Positions 23,111 through 33,700 of a stretch of DNA of 41,552 nucleotides are shown in pieces. How positions within the stretch are numbered: position 1 is the first letter of the stretch; each line of letters starts with the position of its first letter. Position numbers and translations under genes: made by a program. The stretch covers positions 1 through 41,552 of the forward strand of contig JAQGDQ010001431.1 in assembly GCA_030141605.1 (NCBI GenBank). Direction: 5' to 3'. The DNA is from Tubiluchus corallicola (taxonomy: Eukaryota; Animalia; Priapulida). Below the pieces are notes generated by a model, which did no database searches, was not told the origin of the DNA, and saw only the letters and a list, made by a program, of their open reading frames with translations.

Positions 23111-23855
23111 GTCTATGATAAAGGCTTAGCCGTATTTAATGTGCATTGTGCATTGAGTAAGAATAAGTTCTAATAGCAACAGTAACATAAAAAATCAAAA
23201 CGAGGCTAGAACAAAATATATTATTAGGCGAGCAGAATTTTTGTGATGCAACATTCATTCTAGATGTTAATATTAATAATATTAATGTTATTTAAATCAA
23301 TGTAGGCGTACACATGTACAGAAAGCTATAATGAAGTATACTTGAGTGATAATAGGAAAATCTGATTACGAAAAATTTTTGTTTGTACATAAAAATAGAA
23401 ACAATTTTTCTAGTTTTACACAGAAAAACCGTTCTTTTAGTATCTGAGAATTTCTAATTGCACTACTGCATTGGAATGTGACATATTTGTTTGGAAAAAT
23501 TTTCCGGTTTTGTGCTCCTAATATTTATTACTTATTAAGTTATTTGTACTTTTCATGTTTTTTATTTTTATTTGTAATGTTGTATTATTTGCTACACTAA
23601 ATGCAACATAGCTTATTCTTTCTATTTTCCTTTGCTGATCATATATTGGTGATTATATTGAATTGAAAGTAATTGAAATTATTTTATTACATACAAAGCA
23701 TTTCGAGTAAAAAATTCTTTTTCTGTTTCTTCTTTCTCACTAATTTTCCTTTTTTCTATTTTAATGTTTTCACTTGCAATATAGTTTTGTTTTTGTTATT
23801 TTATTTAAAGTTAGTTAAAGTTAAGCACGTAATTTTTGTTTTTATTAGTTTAATA

Positions 23856-24316
23856 CAGTTGTGTACAAATTATCTGACTAGCCGGGTCACATTAAACTTT
23901 CCCGCACTTCCTGCGGGCCACAAGCAGTTTGATCAAGGAGCCAAGTACAGAAAGACCTAATAACGATTTTTTTTGCATCCGACCTGCGTACATCATTACT
24001 ACTACACTCAAGAAACTATTTTAGAAGTTATTAAAATTGATATTACAAACCATATATTTCTACTTTCAGGACAGATAGTGGTAATTTCATTACAATGCAT
24101 ATTAGTAATGTGTATCACACAGTCTGTATAGTACAGTGACGTTAAGCTACAACCGTCTTGTAAGGGTTAATGGCATCCGATGTAGTAGAAAAAACTACCC
24201 CCACTATCTTTGGGATCGTGGCAAGGACTTCAGCTGGATACACTCAATTAATCGCCCGGGCCGCACTTTCATTGGGTTGACAAATATCTTCGCGGGCCGC
24301 AATTTGCACACCCCTG
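23856..24316 (+). mobile_element. hAT Charlie/Buster-like MITE, copy 2
   Basis: Highly similar to copy 1; flanks GTTTAATA / ATTTAGTA. Confidence 0.88.
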
Positions 24317-24399
24317 ATTTAGTACATTGCCATATTGAATATATATCAAGACCGAATAATAATGCAGTGAAACAGTTTATCAAAAAAAAACTGCATACT

Positions 24400-24740
24400 G
24401 CAGCTATCAACTGTTAGATTTCGCCTATATATAACACACTGCTCTTTGCCTTGGAAAACAAAGCAGAACTGTACAATCACTTCGCACTGTGTACCCTTCA
24501 ATACCGCTATTTTTCTTTTTGGCTTCTTATTTGCGGAATTCTCTGCCTGAAAATTGTTTCCTACTACTACAACTTCACGCAATTCAAACAGAACATCAAC
24601 AATCACTATCACTAACATATTAAAATTTAAGAATTCAGTTTTTTTACACCTGTACTTACGTCTTTATCTTTTTACTGTAAAACTTATTTTGAGTGCCCAT
24701 TGGCCTCGTTGGGGCGAGCTGTGAACACAAATAAAAAAAC
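24400..24740 (+). mobile_element. Decayed CR1-group LINE 3' end
   Basis: ASYL(R)NSLPENCF..., a degenerate WNSLP motif, then an A-rich end. Confidence 0.55.
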
Positions 24741-25120
24741 ACATATGATGGAATAAGAGCAATAATCTGAAGAAGAGGAATAAGAACATTTAAATTAGCT
24801 TCTCTTAAAATTAAAGAATGTTTTCCAATCATTTTTTCTCGAGAAATAATATGAAAGGCCTTCCCTATTTAAATCATGGAGGAACAAGGCAAAACAACGC
24901 AAATTAAACTGCGTTCTCCATAATAATTGCTAGCTCGCTTGTCTCGAGCTCGACTCTTAATGTTATCTGTTCATCTTCTGCATTTGCATCATCACCATTT
25001 TCATTGTTACCATCATTTTTCTACAACTTTCTATATTAATAAGCACGTGATTCCAAATCGCCGTGCAGTGACACCGCCTAGATATTAAATGATAATTTTA
25101 TTTATTTACTTATTTATTTA

Positions 25121-25649
25121 CAATCATTTGCAAAAGTTTAAGACCAAAGTGATTTTTTCATGAAAATTGACAAAACAATCGTTTAACACGGTTCCATCTA
25201 AAAACTATTCATTTACTCTTCTAGAAAAATATACTACAGCATAGTTTGTATGTTTTTATCCAAAAATGGTCACAGTCCTTGAACATTTTAGTACTTTGTA
25301 TGGCCTCCGAAGTTGTCAATCACTGCCAATCCAGAGGCATACTGGAAATACCGTAATCTAGCACTTATCGCCCTTTCAGTATATCCTTCTTGATGTAAAG
25401 TCACGATCTGAACCCTCCGAGTCTCACTCAATGACGATTTTTTTGCCCATTTTTTGGATGACAAGAAAATACAAAAACGGCCGATCTGTATGGACAGCGG
25501 CAGGCAAATGAGTCACTCATACTCACTAGACGTAACTGTTTCAAACCACTAGCAGTATGATGCAATCAACAAAGAATCTGATGCAATCAGGGTACAGTAT
25601 GATGAAAATGCAGAAAGTCGACTTGGTCTTAAACTTTTGCAAATGACTG
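25121..25649 (-). mobile_element. Internally deleted Tc1-like transposon
   Basis: TA|CAATCATTTGCAAAAGTTTAAGACCAA...TTGGTCTTAAACTTTTGCAAATGACTG|TA; minus strand 25450-~25348 gives MGKK/SSLSETRRVQIVTLHQEGYTERAISARLR (Tc1 N-terminal HTH, one frameshift in an A7 run). Confidence 0.92.
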
Positions 25650-25828
25650 TATTGAATTTATTCTATTTTAACCATATAAAATACGACTTAGCACATAAAT
25701 TTGCAATTTGCACTTAGAGAGGAACTGTTGAATACTGTAGTATGATTTCAAATTCTTTAATCTATCATTCTGTATTTCAATAAGCAATATTCTGGGATTA
25801 CCACCAAACGTCTGCTTTCCTCTTTTAA

Positions 25829-26308
25829 ACCTAGCCACTGGGGGGGGGGGGGGGGGGCAAGCCAGCCCAACTCAGTGCCGGTCCCAAGCCTGGATAAATA
25901 GGGAGGGTTAGGGTCAGGAAGGGCATCCGCCTGTAAAAACTGCGCCAAAACCTTCTATGAATGAGTCGGTGAGACTTAAAGGTAAAGTTTGCAAAGAAGT
26001 GGTCAGACCCGCTCTAATCTATGGGCTAGAAGCAGCAGCCGAAGAGAAGAAAATGGGTGTGGTGGAGATGAGGATGTTGAGATGGATGGTGGGAATAACA
26101 AGAAGAGATAAAATTAGAAATAATAATATCAGAGGAACAGTAAAAGTAGTGGAAGCCTCGCAAGATTGCGATGGTATGGACACCTGAAGAGTCGGTGAAG
26201 ATCATGTGGGAAGGGAAGACATAAATGAAGAGATGGTCAACAACAGGAATGCGTGGAGAAGACTCATTCACAACGGCGACCCCGAATAGGGAAAAGCTGG
26301 GAAGAAGA
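25829..26308 (+). mobile_element. Bipartite non-autonomous RTE-clade retroposon
   Basis: RTE-type 5' UTR motif GTGCCGGTCCCAAGCCTGGATAAA...AAGGGCATCCG, RT C-terminal remnant VVRPALIYGLE...EMRMLRWMVGITRRDKIRNNNIRG, GAAGAAG tail; 18-bp TSD TCTGCTTTCCTCTTTTAA at 25811-25828 and 26309-26326. Confidence 0.92.
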
Positions 26309-26609
26309 TCTGCTTTCCTCTTTTAACAGAGACATCTTTTTTTAATGATTATCTGTCAGAAAACATGACAGAGGCCTCAAGATCTCTTGCAGTGAGAAAG
26401 TTTTTCAAAGCTCACGTGTGGCGAGGAAACGCTGTATATGAACAACAACTACATTATTAAAAGTATGACCCATATGGCACTCTGAATTTCCGCTGTACTT
26501 CAGTTAGTGATTGAAAACCTCGTGCGAGGCTGATTTTACACCTCACTTCTAACCTTACTGTCGTCGCCATAGTGTTTTAAAAATAAAATTAGAAATGAAA
26601 GCATATAGT

Positions 26610-27671
26610 CAGGGCTGGATTTTGATTCTGTAGGCTTCTGAGGCCCCCCAACAACAATTAACAAAAGCATGAACGTTGGATTCTTCAAATCAGTTTATTC
26701 AACTTCTGCAACACAATGGCAACATAGATAGGTGCAAGTCTAACACAACAAAAATGAAGAGATGTTCATTTACAAAATAAAAATGAGTTTTTGAAATATT
26801 AAATATAATAAACACAAATTACAGTAAACAGGCCGAAATTACTGGTATTTTAAAGTATATCATAAAATATACTGTTACTAGTACTATCTAATCCAGAGTT
26901 CCAGTAGGTAACAGCGCAAACTACAACTAAATTCTCTTAAGACAGAGATGTCTTATCAGTCAGAGGAGATGTGATCTCAATTACTACAAAGTGTGTCATT
27001 ATAACCAGGATTGCTAGGGTGGTTCTGGAAGTTGGAATTGTACATTATAATTAGGTGCTGCCATCTATGGGCTACTCCTGTTACATTCTACCAGCTGACT
27101 TACCCCCAGTATAATTGTATGGTCCAGTGAATGCATATTCACTGGTTCTCTCCCTATTTTAATGTAATGGTTGTTGTGAAGCCTGTGCAAGTCTGCATAG
27201 GTCACCTATACCTATATACACTGACTGGTTTTGCTTTCTAGTCACTCTCACTCTCAATGACTCTCATTCTCAGTGTTCAGTGCAGCAGTCATGCTACTCA
27301 TGTGTCTGTAGTTTTAATAAACATTTTTCTGTTGCGTGCAGTGCAAATATGTATTATAGATTTTTTATTCTTGTTCATACTTCTGTGCCTAAACTCAATC
27401 ATAACAAAGTGAGTGAACAACAACTTCAAACATGACTTTCACAGTGGTAGTACCAATGAGCTGGAATAATGGACAAAAAAAAACAATTCCAGTTTATTAT
27501 TATGCAGCATATTAATTATTTGAGCATCTTTTAAAGAGAGGTAATTCAGCATATTTCTACTGTCATTCTGCAGCATCTTTTCACAGTAAATAAATTTCAC
27601 TTAATCTCTGGAGGCCCTTCAGCTGACGAAGTCCTCTGGGCTGCAGCCACCGATGCCTTAATCCGGCACTG
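26610..27671 (+). mobile_element. hAT-like element hosting a solo LTR
   Basis: CAGGGCTGGATT...AATCCGGCACTG; flanks CATATAGT / AGTATAGT (6/8). Confidence 0.78.
27024..27443 (+). mobile_element. Solo LTR, copy 1
   Basis: T(C)TGGAAG...TTTCACA ends; perfect 5-bp TSD GTGGT; TATA-like cctatata and AATAAA inside; empty site visible in the paralogous host near 4120. Confidence 0.85.
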
Positions 27672-28897
27672 AGTATAGTGTTTTGGAGATACCCTATATT
27701 TACAACTCTGCTACTAAAAGTATTTGAGAGATTTACGAGTTCAGCAATACCTACTGCAGCAGTCATACCACAATCCTGGTACAGATTATGCAAAACTAGG
27801 CATCATTGATAAATCTTTAGTGCTGATGTCAACATAGTGCAATCTATTATCTTTCTTCCTACCATTTCCACTAACACATCCTTCTACCCTTCCTGTGTGA
27901 TCTAACCTTTCTCCCAGTTCTTTTTTTTTGTTCACTCATCCATTCTTTTTTATCGGGTTCATATGACAGTGGACTTATACAAGCCTTTGCTTCTCTAGCT
28001 CAGTGCAGTACAATTATTCTTTTATGATAACGATAGTGTATGAAACATAACAATTTAATACAGTATGAAGTAATAATTTTGATGTCACTGTGTGCTTAAT
28101 GTCATTATATTGTACTGAATGTGATAATAATAAATAAAAAAATTCAGTACTCAAACGTGCGATGGTGAAAAACAATGTGACTTTTCTTTGTTTGTGTTTC
28201 AGCTGCCATTGATCTCGAAGAATGTGTCGCCAATGAACTTCCACGACTACAGGATTATCTACGTCAGCATCACATATGTAATAGCACCTTGTTACAGTCA
28301 TTTGCTGTTTCAGTTCAAAGCAACATAAACTTACTTCACTCAGTGTGAGAAAAGTGGGCCTTTCTTGTAGCGTAATAATGATGATACATTTTTGAGAAAG
28401 GTCTTTTGCAATACATGATGTTAAAGATTTTTAGTAGAATGTGTGTCATTGTGTTTATAATAATATTCTATGGAGTTCTACCGCCCTTTCAGATTAGCGA
28501 GTTTTACACACGACTTCTCCCCGGGCATTAATAACAAAGAATATAAACCACAGAAAGTAGGGAATAATACTGCGCAGTAGTTCGCGCAGTTAGTGTCGCC
28601 CTAGCGGCAATTCAGTACGGACATTTATGAGATGCCTTCACCAAAGCCAGGCCGGTGCCGCCAGCATAGCCGCTAATCGCAAAAATCAAATACGTAACAA
28701 TAGAATTTCGTCACTTCCTCTTTATACACTTTGTTAATAATGTCTTCGGGTTGCGAACGAAAGACTTCTGGCCATAAATGTTCACAATGCCTAGAAAACT
28801 CGTGTTATTGTTACAACAAACACTAAAGCCGATGTTCATACATGTACATTACTGGTTTACCTCCCCACAAATAACCTAATGCTTAAATGTTAATTAA

Positions 28898-29465
28898 AGG
28901 AAAAGCCCAGCTTTTTCTGAAAAATTTTGCTTATTTCCATGTTTGGGAAGAATGTTAGAAAGATTTAGTAATAAATGTAATGAGCGCCTCGTGTAATTAG
29001 TAAAATCATTTTAAAGTCGCGATCATTTCGCGCTTAGGTGTTCCCACTTTGAACATCCTTCCTCCACCAATGACGTCGTTCATAGGCTGAAGAAAAGCAG
29101 CATACTGTCAATTTTCAGCAAAAGTGTAATAAGTTAATAAAAAATTAGATAGAAAAAGCTAAATTTTTGATATTTTTGCATGAACATTAGGTAAGCTGCA
29201 GAAGTTTGAATTAGTTTAAGCAGAGCACTTGGACGGAAAACCACGATGCACTTACGCAACGTCACGAAGTCCACCAATTGCGTCATAACTATAAAGTGAG
29301 TGGAGGCTACCACTGCGCCTGAAAATTTCCATGTTGTGGTAGTATAAATTAACTTTATGCTTTAAAGACAATTTTCGTAAGCTGCTTTTTATATTGCTGT
29401 ATTTTTCTAAGTTTAAGTAATAAGAGTAAACTAAATCCAACAAGTAAAATGCCTTGACTTTTCCT
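28898..29465. mobile_element. Kolobok-like MITE just past the SLC7 stop
   Basis: TTAA|AGGAAAAGCCCAGC...GCCTTGACTTTTCCT|TTAA; purine-start termini with TTAA target. Confidence 0.75.
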
Positions 29466-29634
29466 TTAAATTACAATTCTTTAATTACTGCATAATAACA
29501 GTTATGTCCAGTGTAGATGCGTGGTTCATGATGCTCGCTTTGCTCAAGACAAAATGACCTTGTCAGCGAAGTGGTCAGGACGAAGTGACCTTCTCAATGA
29601 AGTTACTGTACTCAGGATAGAATCAATTTGCGCG

Positions 29635-29690
29635 CTATCGACTAGGTGGAGCCACCTCAAAGAACAATTGGCACCAAACTGTAAATTTAT
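29635..29690 (-). CDS. SLC7 last coding exon
   Basis: tttttttctag acceptor; DKFTVWCQLFFEVAPPSR-TAG resembles the T..xQ.L.EV.PP tail of b(0,+)AT. Confidence 0.88.
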
Positions 29691-30608
29691 CTAGAAAAAA
29701 ACCATTTCGTTATCAGGCAATTACTATAATGAGAATGCAAATAAACCACATTATTCAGCCTCTTCCAGCCTTCGGTATTAGCAGATAAACTACCATGAAT
29801 GTCAGCAGTTGGCACAATTCACGAAAAATCTCACAAGTAGTTAAGTTGACAACGATTAACTGAAACGTCTGTCAATTGTTTGACTGTTTATTCGTTTTTT
29901 CGTTATGCTATTTCACTTTTTGGTAGAGGGACTACCCAATCTCTACTCTTGTGGATGCTGCTGTTTTTGCTAGGGGGGTGATCTTATAAGAAAAAGTCCA
30001 AGGCGTGAATTCGCAATAGATTGTAATGAAACTTTACACGAATGTACTAAACGGAATTCCATATCGACTGACGAATCGGGCTTTCGATTCGCCATTTCAA
30101 ATTCATGGTGGCGACGATACATAATTTTCAAAAAAATTTTCATCAATTCACTATCGTCAAGAAATTTTACCGAAATATGCTAGAACGTATTCCGCGTCGA
30201 TTATTGGAGGGGATTCTCGATCCGCCATTTTTAGTTCAAGATGGCGGTAAAATCATTATTTTAGAAACGGAGCCGAAATCTCCGTCAGTTCGCAATGTAT
30301 CGTCATGAAACTTTACTAGAATATATTAGAATGAATTCTGCATCGACTAATGGAGCCAGATTTTCGATTTGCCATTTTGAGTTCAAGATGGTGGCGATAA
30401 CATCATTTTCGAAAAAAGCCCAAGGCTCTGCCAATTCGCAAAATGCTGTTAAAAACTGTGCGCTATTTAGTGTAAAGATTCAGCTTAAAATAGCAACATA
30501 ACATATTAAAAAATATTGCAAATAAAATCAGACAAGAACGTGTAGCAGCTAGTCACATATACAGAAACCAGTCATCACCATCACCATCACCATCACCATC
30601 ACCATCGC

Positions 30609-30663
<55 letters not shown>

Positions 30664-30705
30664 ACCACCACCACCACCACCACCACCACCACCACAACCA
30701 CCACC

Positions 30706-30739
<34 letters not shown>

Positions 30740-33700
30740 TTATTATTATTGTAGTTGTTGATATTGTCATTGTCGTTGTCGTCATTGTTGTTGTTGTTGC
30801 TGGTCGTCGTCGTAGTTGTAGTCATCATCATCATTATCATCATCACCATCGTCATCGTCATCATCACAGTCATTATAAATACATGCAGTACGTTTCTTTT
30901 GAACTCACCAACAAAACTAAAGTGAACCTTGAAGTAAACAAACGGTACGTAGAGTATTATTCCACACAAGATGCCCAGTGCAGCAAAGAAGTAGCCCCAT
31001 TGTGGATTCTCAATGATGGGAACTACCACCAGGAAGATACAAATGAAAAAGTTAATGATGGGAATGATAATCGGCACCTGTAAACAAAAAGATAATGATG
31101 GAAGTATTGTAAACGTTAGTGGTATTGCAGTGTCTTTGACTTGTTTAAATTGTCTAATGGCGCGTTCAGACTAGCGAATTTTTTCTCTGATGGCAAACTC
31201 GCAAGTGTGAGCTGCTTTGGGAGTTACTGCCAGGAAGAAATTGGAAACTCTCTGACAGCTGCTGCGAGTTGATTTTCTGCGGGTTACTGTCTAGTGCGTA
31301 CTAGTTACTCTCGACACTTCTCGCAGTACACAGAGCAGTGAACAGAGCTCACCCTTACTTTCGGAGAGCACCTCGCCGCAAGTTTTACTTTCTAGTCTGA
31401 ACACGTTTGCGAGTTACTTGGTAAGTTACTTGGTAAGTTAACTTGACGAGAAAACTCGTTAAATTACAGTATTACAGAGCTATATTACACTCTGGCAAAA
31501 AACCCTGCACTAATGGATGAACACTCACTCTAGTCTGAACACGCTTGCGAGTTACTTGCTGAGTTACTTGGTAAGTTAACTTGGCAAGAAAACACGTTAC
31601 ATTACAGTCTTACAGAGCTATATTACACTCTGGCAAAAAACCCTATAATGCACATAAATCTTCCCCGCACTAATGGATGAACACTCACTCTAGTCTGAAC
31701 ACGCTTGCAAGTTACTTGCTGAGTTACTTGGTGAGGTAACTTGGCAAGAAAACACGTTAAATTACAGTCTTACAGAGCTATATTACACTCTGGCAAAAAA
31801 CCCTATAATGCACATAAATCTTCCCCGCACTAATGGATGAACACTCACTCTAGTCTGAACACGCTTGCAAGTTACTTGCTGAGTTACTTGGTGAGGTAAC
31901 TTGGCAAGAAAACTCGTTAGTCTAGACGCATCGTAAGTGTATTTTTGGGGCTTTCTGAGAATTACGCTTCTCAGACTAAACGTTACAAAAGAAACACGGG
32001 GACTAAAAGAAAAAGCGAGAAGATGCGGAAAATGTTTTGTTAAAAAGGAATGTTTGTAACCAGAAATTGCTTCAAAAATGTAACATTCTTGGCTTGGAAA
32101 AAAACAGGAGTTTGTGTTGGCTTAACAGTACCAGACCGACATAAAGGAAAAACATAAAGTAAAATTAATTTGGTTGTATAGTGGATAGTGCGCGGTGTCG
32201 GGCTGCCTCAATTCCTACATCACGTAATCACGTGACACCACTCCTTAACTGGCTTCATCATACCAGCATCTATCAACATAATTATTTATCATAATCTACT
32301 GCTTTTAATATAATTTAACAGGTTCTCTTTACTCATAATTCACAATAGATTGATTTAAGCCCGGTGCGACAGTTTATAACTATAATCGTGATAATGTAAA
32401 AGGCACCACTGGCATTGAGTGCATGAAAGCTGTCGTGAAGCTCACGATTTCTTTATCTTATTTTTTATTAGTTCTTAATTATTATCATTAGTCACATTAT
32501 TACATTGTCTTGTTAAAACATTAAAAATCCCACACAAGAAATTTCAGCTATAAAATAAGTCTATTTCTTTATATACAGTCTAAACTTTCATCCTTGAACT
32601 AGTATGCATAACATTTACCTTCACTGAATTGCTGGCTTCCTTGCTTCATGGAAAAAACTTACCTGGGCAGTTGGTTTTCAGAGGTGACTGATTAAGCATG
32701 TGACTTAAACTGAGAGAGCAATGTATAGTGTTGTTATTGATTTATAAAAATAAAGCTCACCTGTATTCTACTTGAATTCTACCTGTATTCTAGTGTCTTA
32801 GCAATTACCTTCAGAACTTCTTCGTAAATGTTGAATTATCTGGCACTACATTAGAAAATATATGCACCTTTACAGGTCGATCAAGATGTGGCTTTGTCCA
32901 TCTCATGGCTATCAATGCTACCATGCCACCTGCCACGCTTAACCATGTCACGAATCCAAGGAAGGTTATTAAGCTTGCAATATCAGATGGAATGATCATC
33001 ACTATGGTCATTACTGCCTAAATAATGGAGGGAAAATGCAGTTTAACAAAACTGGACAACAGGAACGTCTTAGTGGCCGAAGCGTAGGTACGATAGTCGC
33101 AGGTAAGTTACGCCAAGTATGGCTGGTAAATGAATTGGTAACACAAGTTTAATTTCTAACGACAAGAATAGTAATAACTTGGCCTGTACATTGGAACGAA
33201 GATTATGTGTTGCTAATGTTGGACAAATCAAATGGAGGTCTTTAACAGTCGCTATATAATGGTTTTATTCAACAGAGGCCCTATGACTTAGACTCCTACT
33301 AGAGGTTAACTAAATTTCTATGAACACAATTAGCAAGTCGCAATAATATCAGAAAACTATTTGCTTGTCCATGAAAACGGAAATTGCAAGCTTTTGCTTT
33401 CTTAACCCTTTCATACCCGTTGTATCCCGTGGAAACGAGAATATTTTCTGCCTTTAAAATTAATAAAATTTTAAAACTGACATTTATTTGATCTGTTAAT
33501 AGTTGTTTTGATTTAAGCCAATAACAAGACTCTAAAATGGTGATAAAATGACAAACTAGAAAATCTACATAGCACAAAAAACTGCGCAAGGTACAGTACT
33601 TTAGAGACGACTTTGTACAGATCAGCATAGGATGCATACTAAACGTCTTAAATACTTTAATAAAAAATTATCAACAGTTGCAAAATGAAGCACATTTTAT

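Noticed and set aside
24904-25020. Minus-strand frame KNDGNNENGDD...ENAV* as an alternative SLC7 last exon
   Set aside because: Needs phase 0 whereas the upstream donor is phase 1, the acceptor is weak, and a homologous last exon exists at 29635-29690.
28520-28750. Weak inverted ends around a CTCF-like motif (cgccctagcggc)
   Set aside because: Single degenerate copy, no TSD; cannot support a regulatory or element call.
30553-31077. 174-aa glycine-rich membrane protein
   Set aside because: SLC7 exon read through its donor into a microsatellite.
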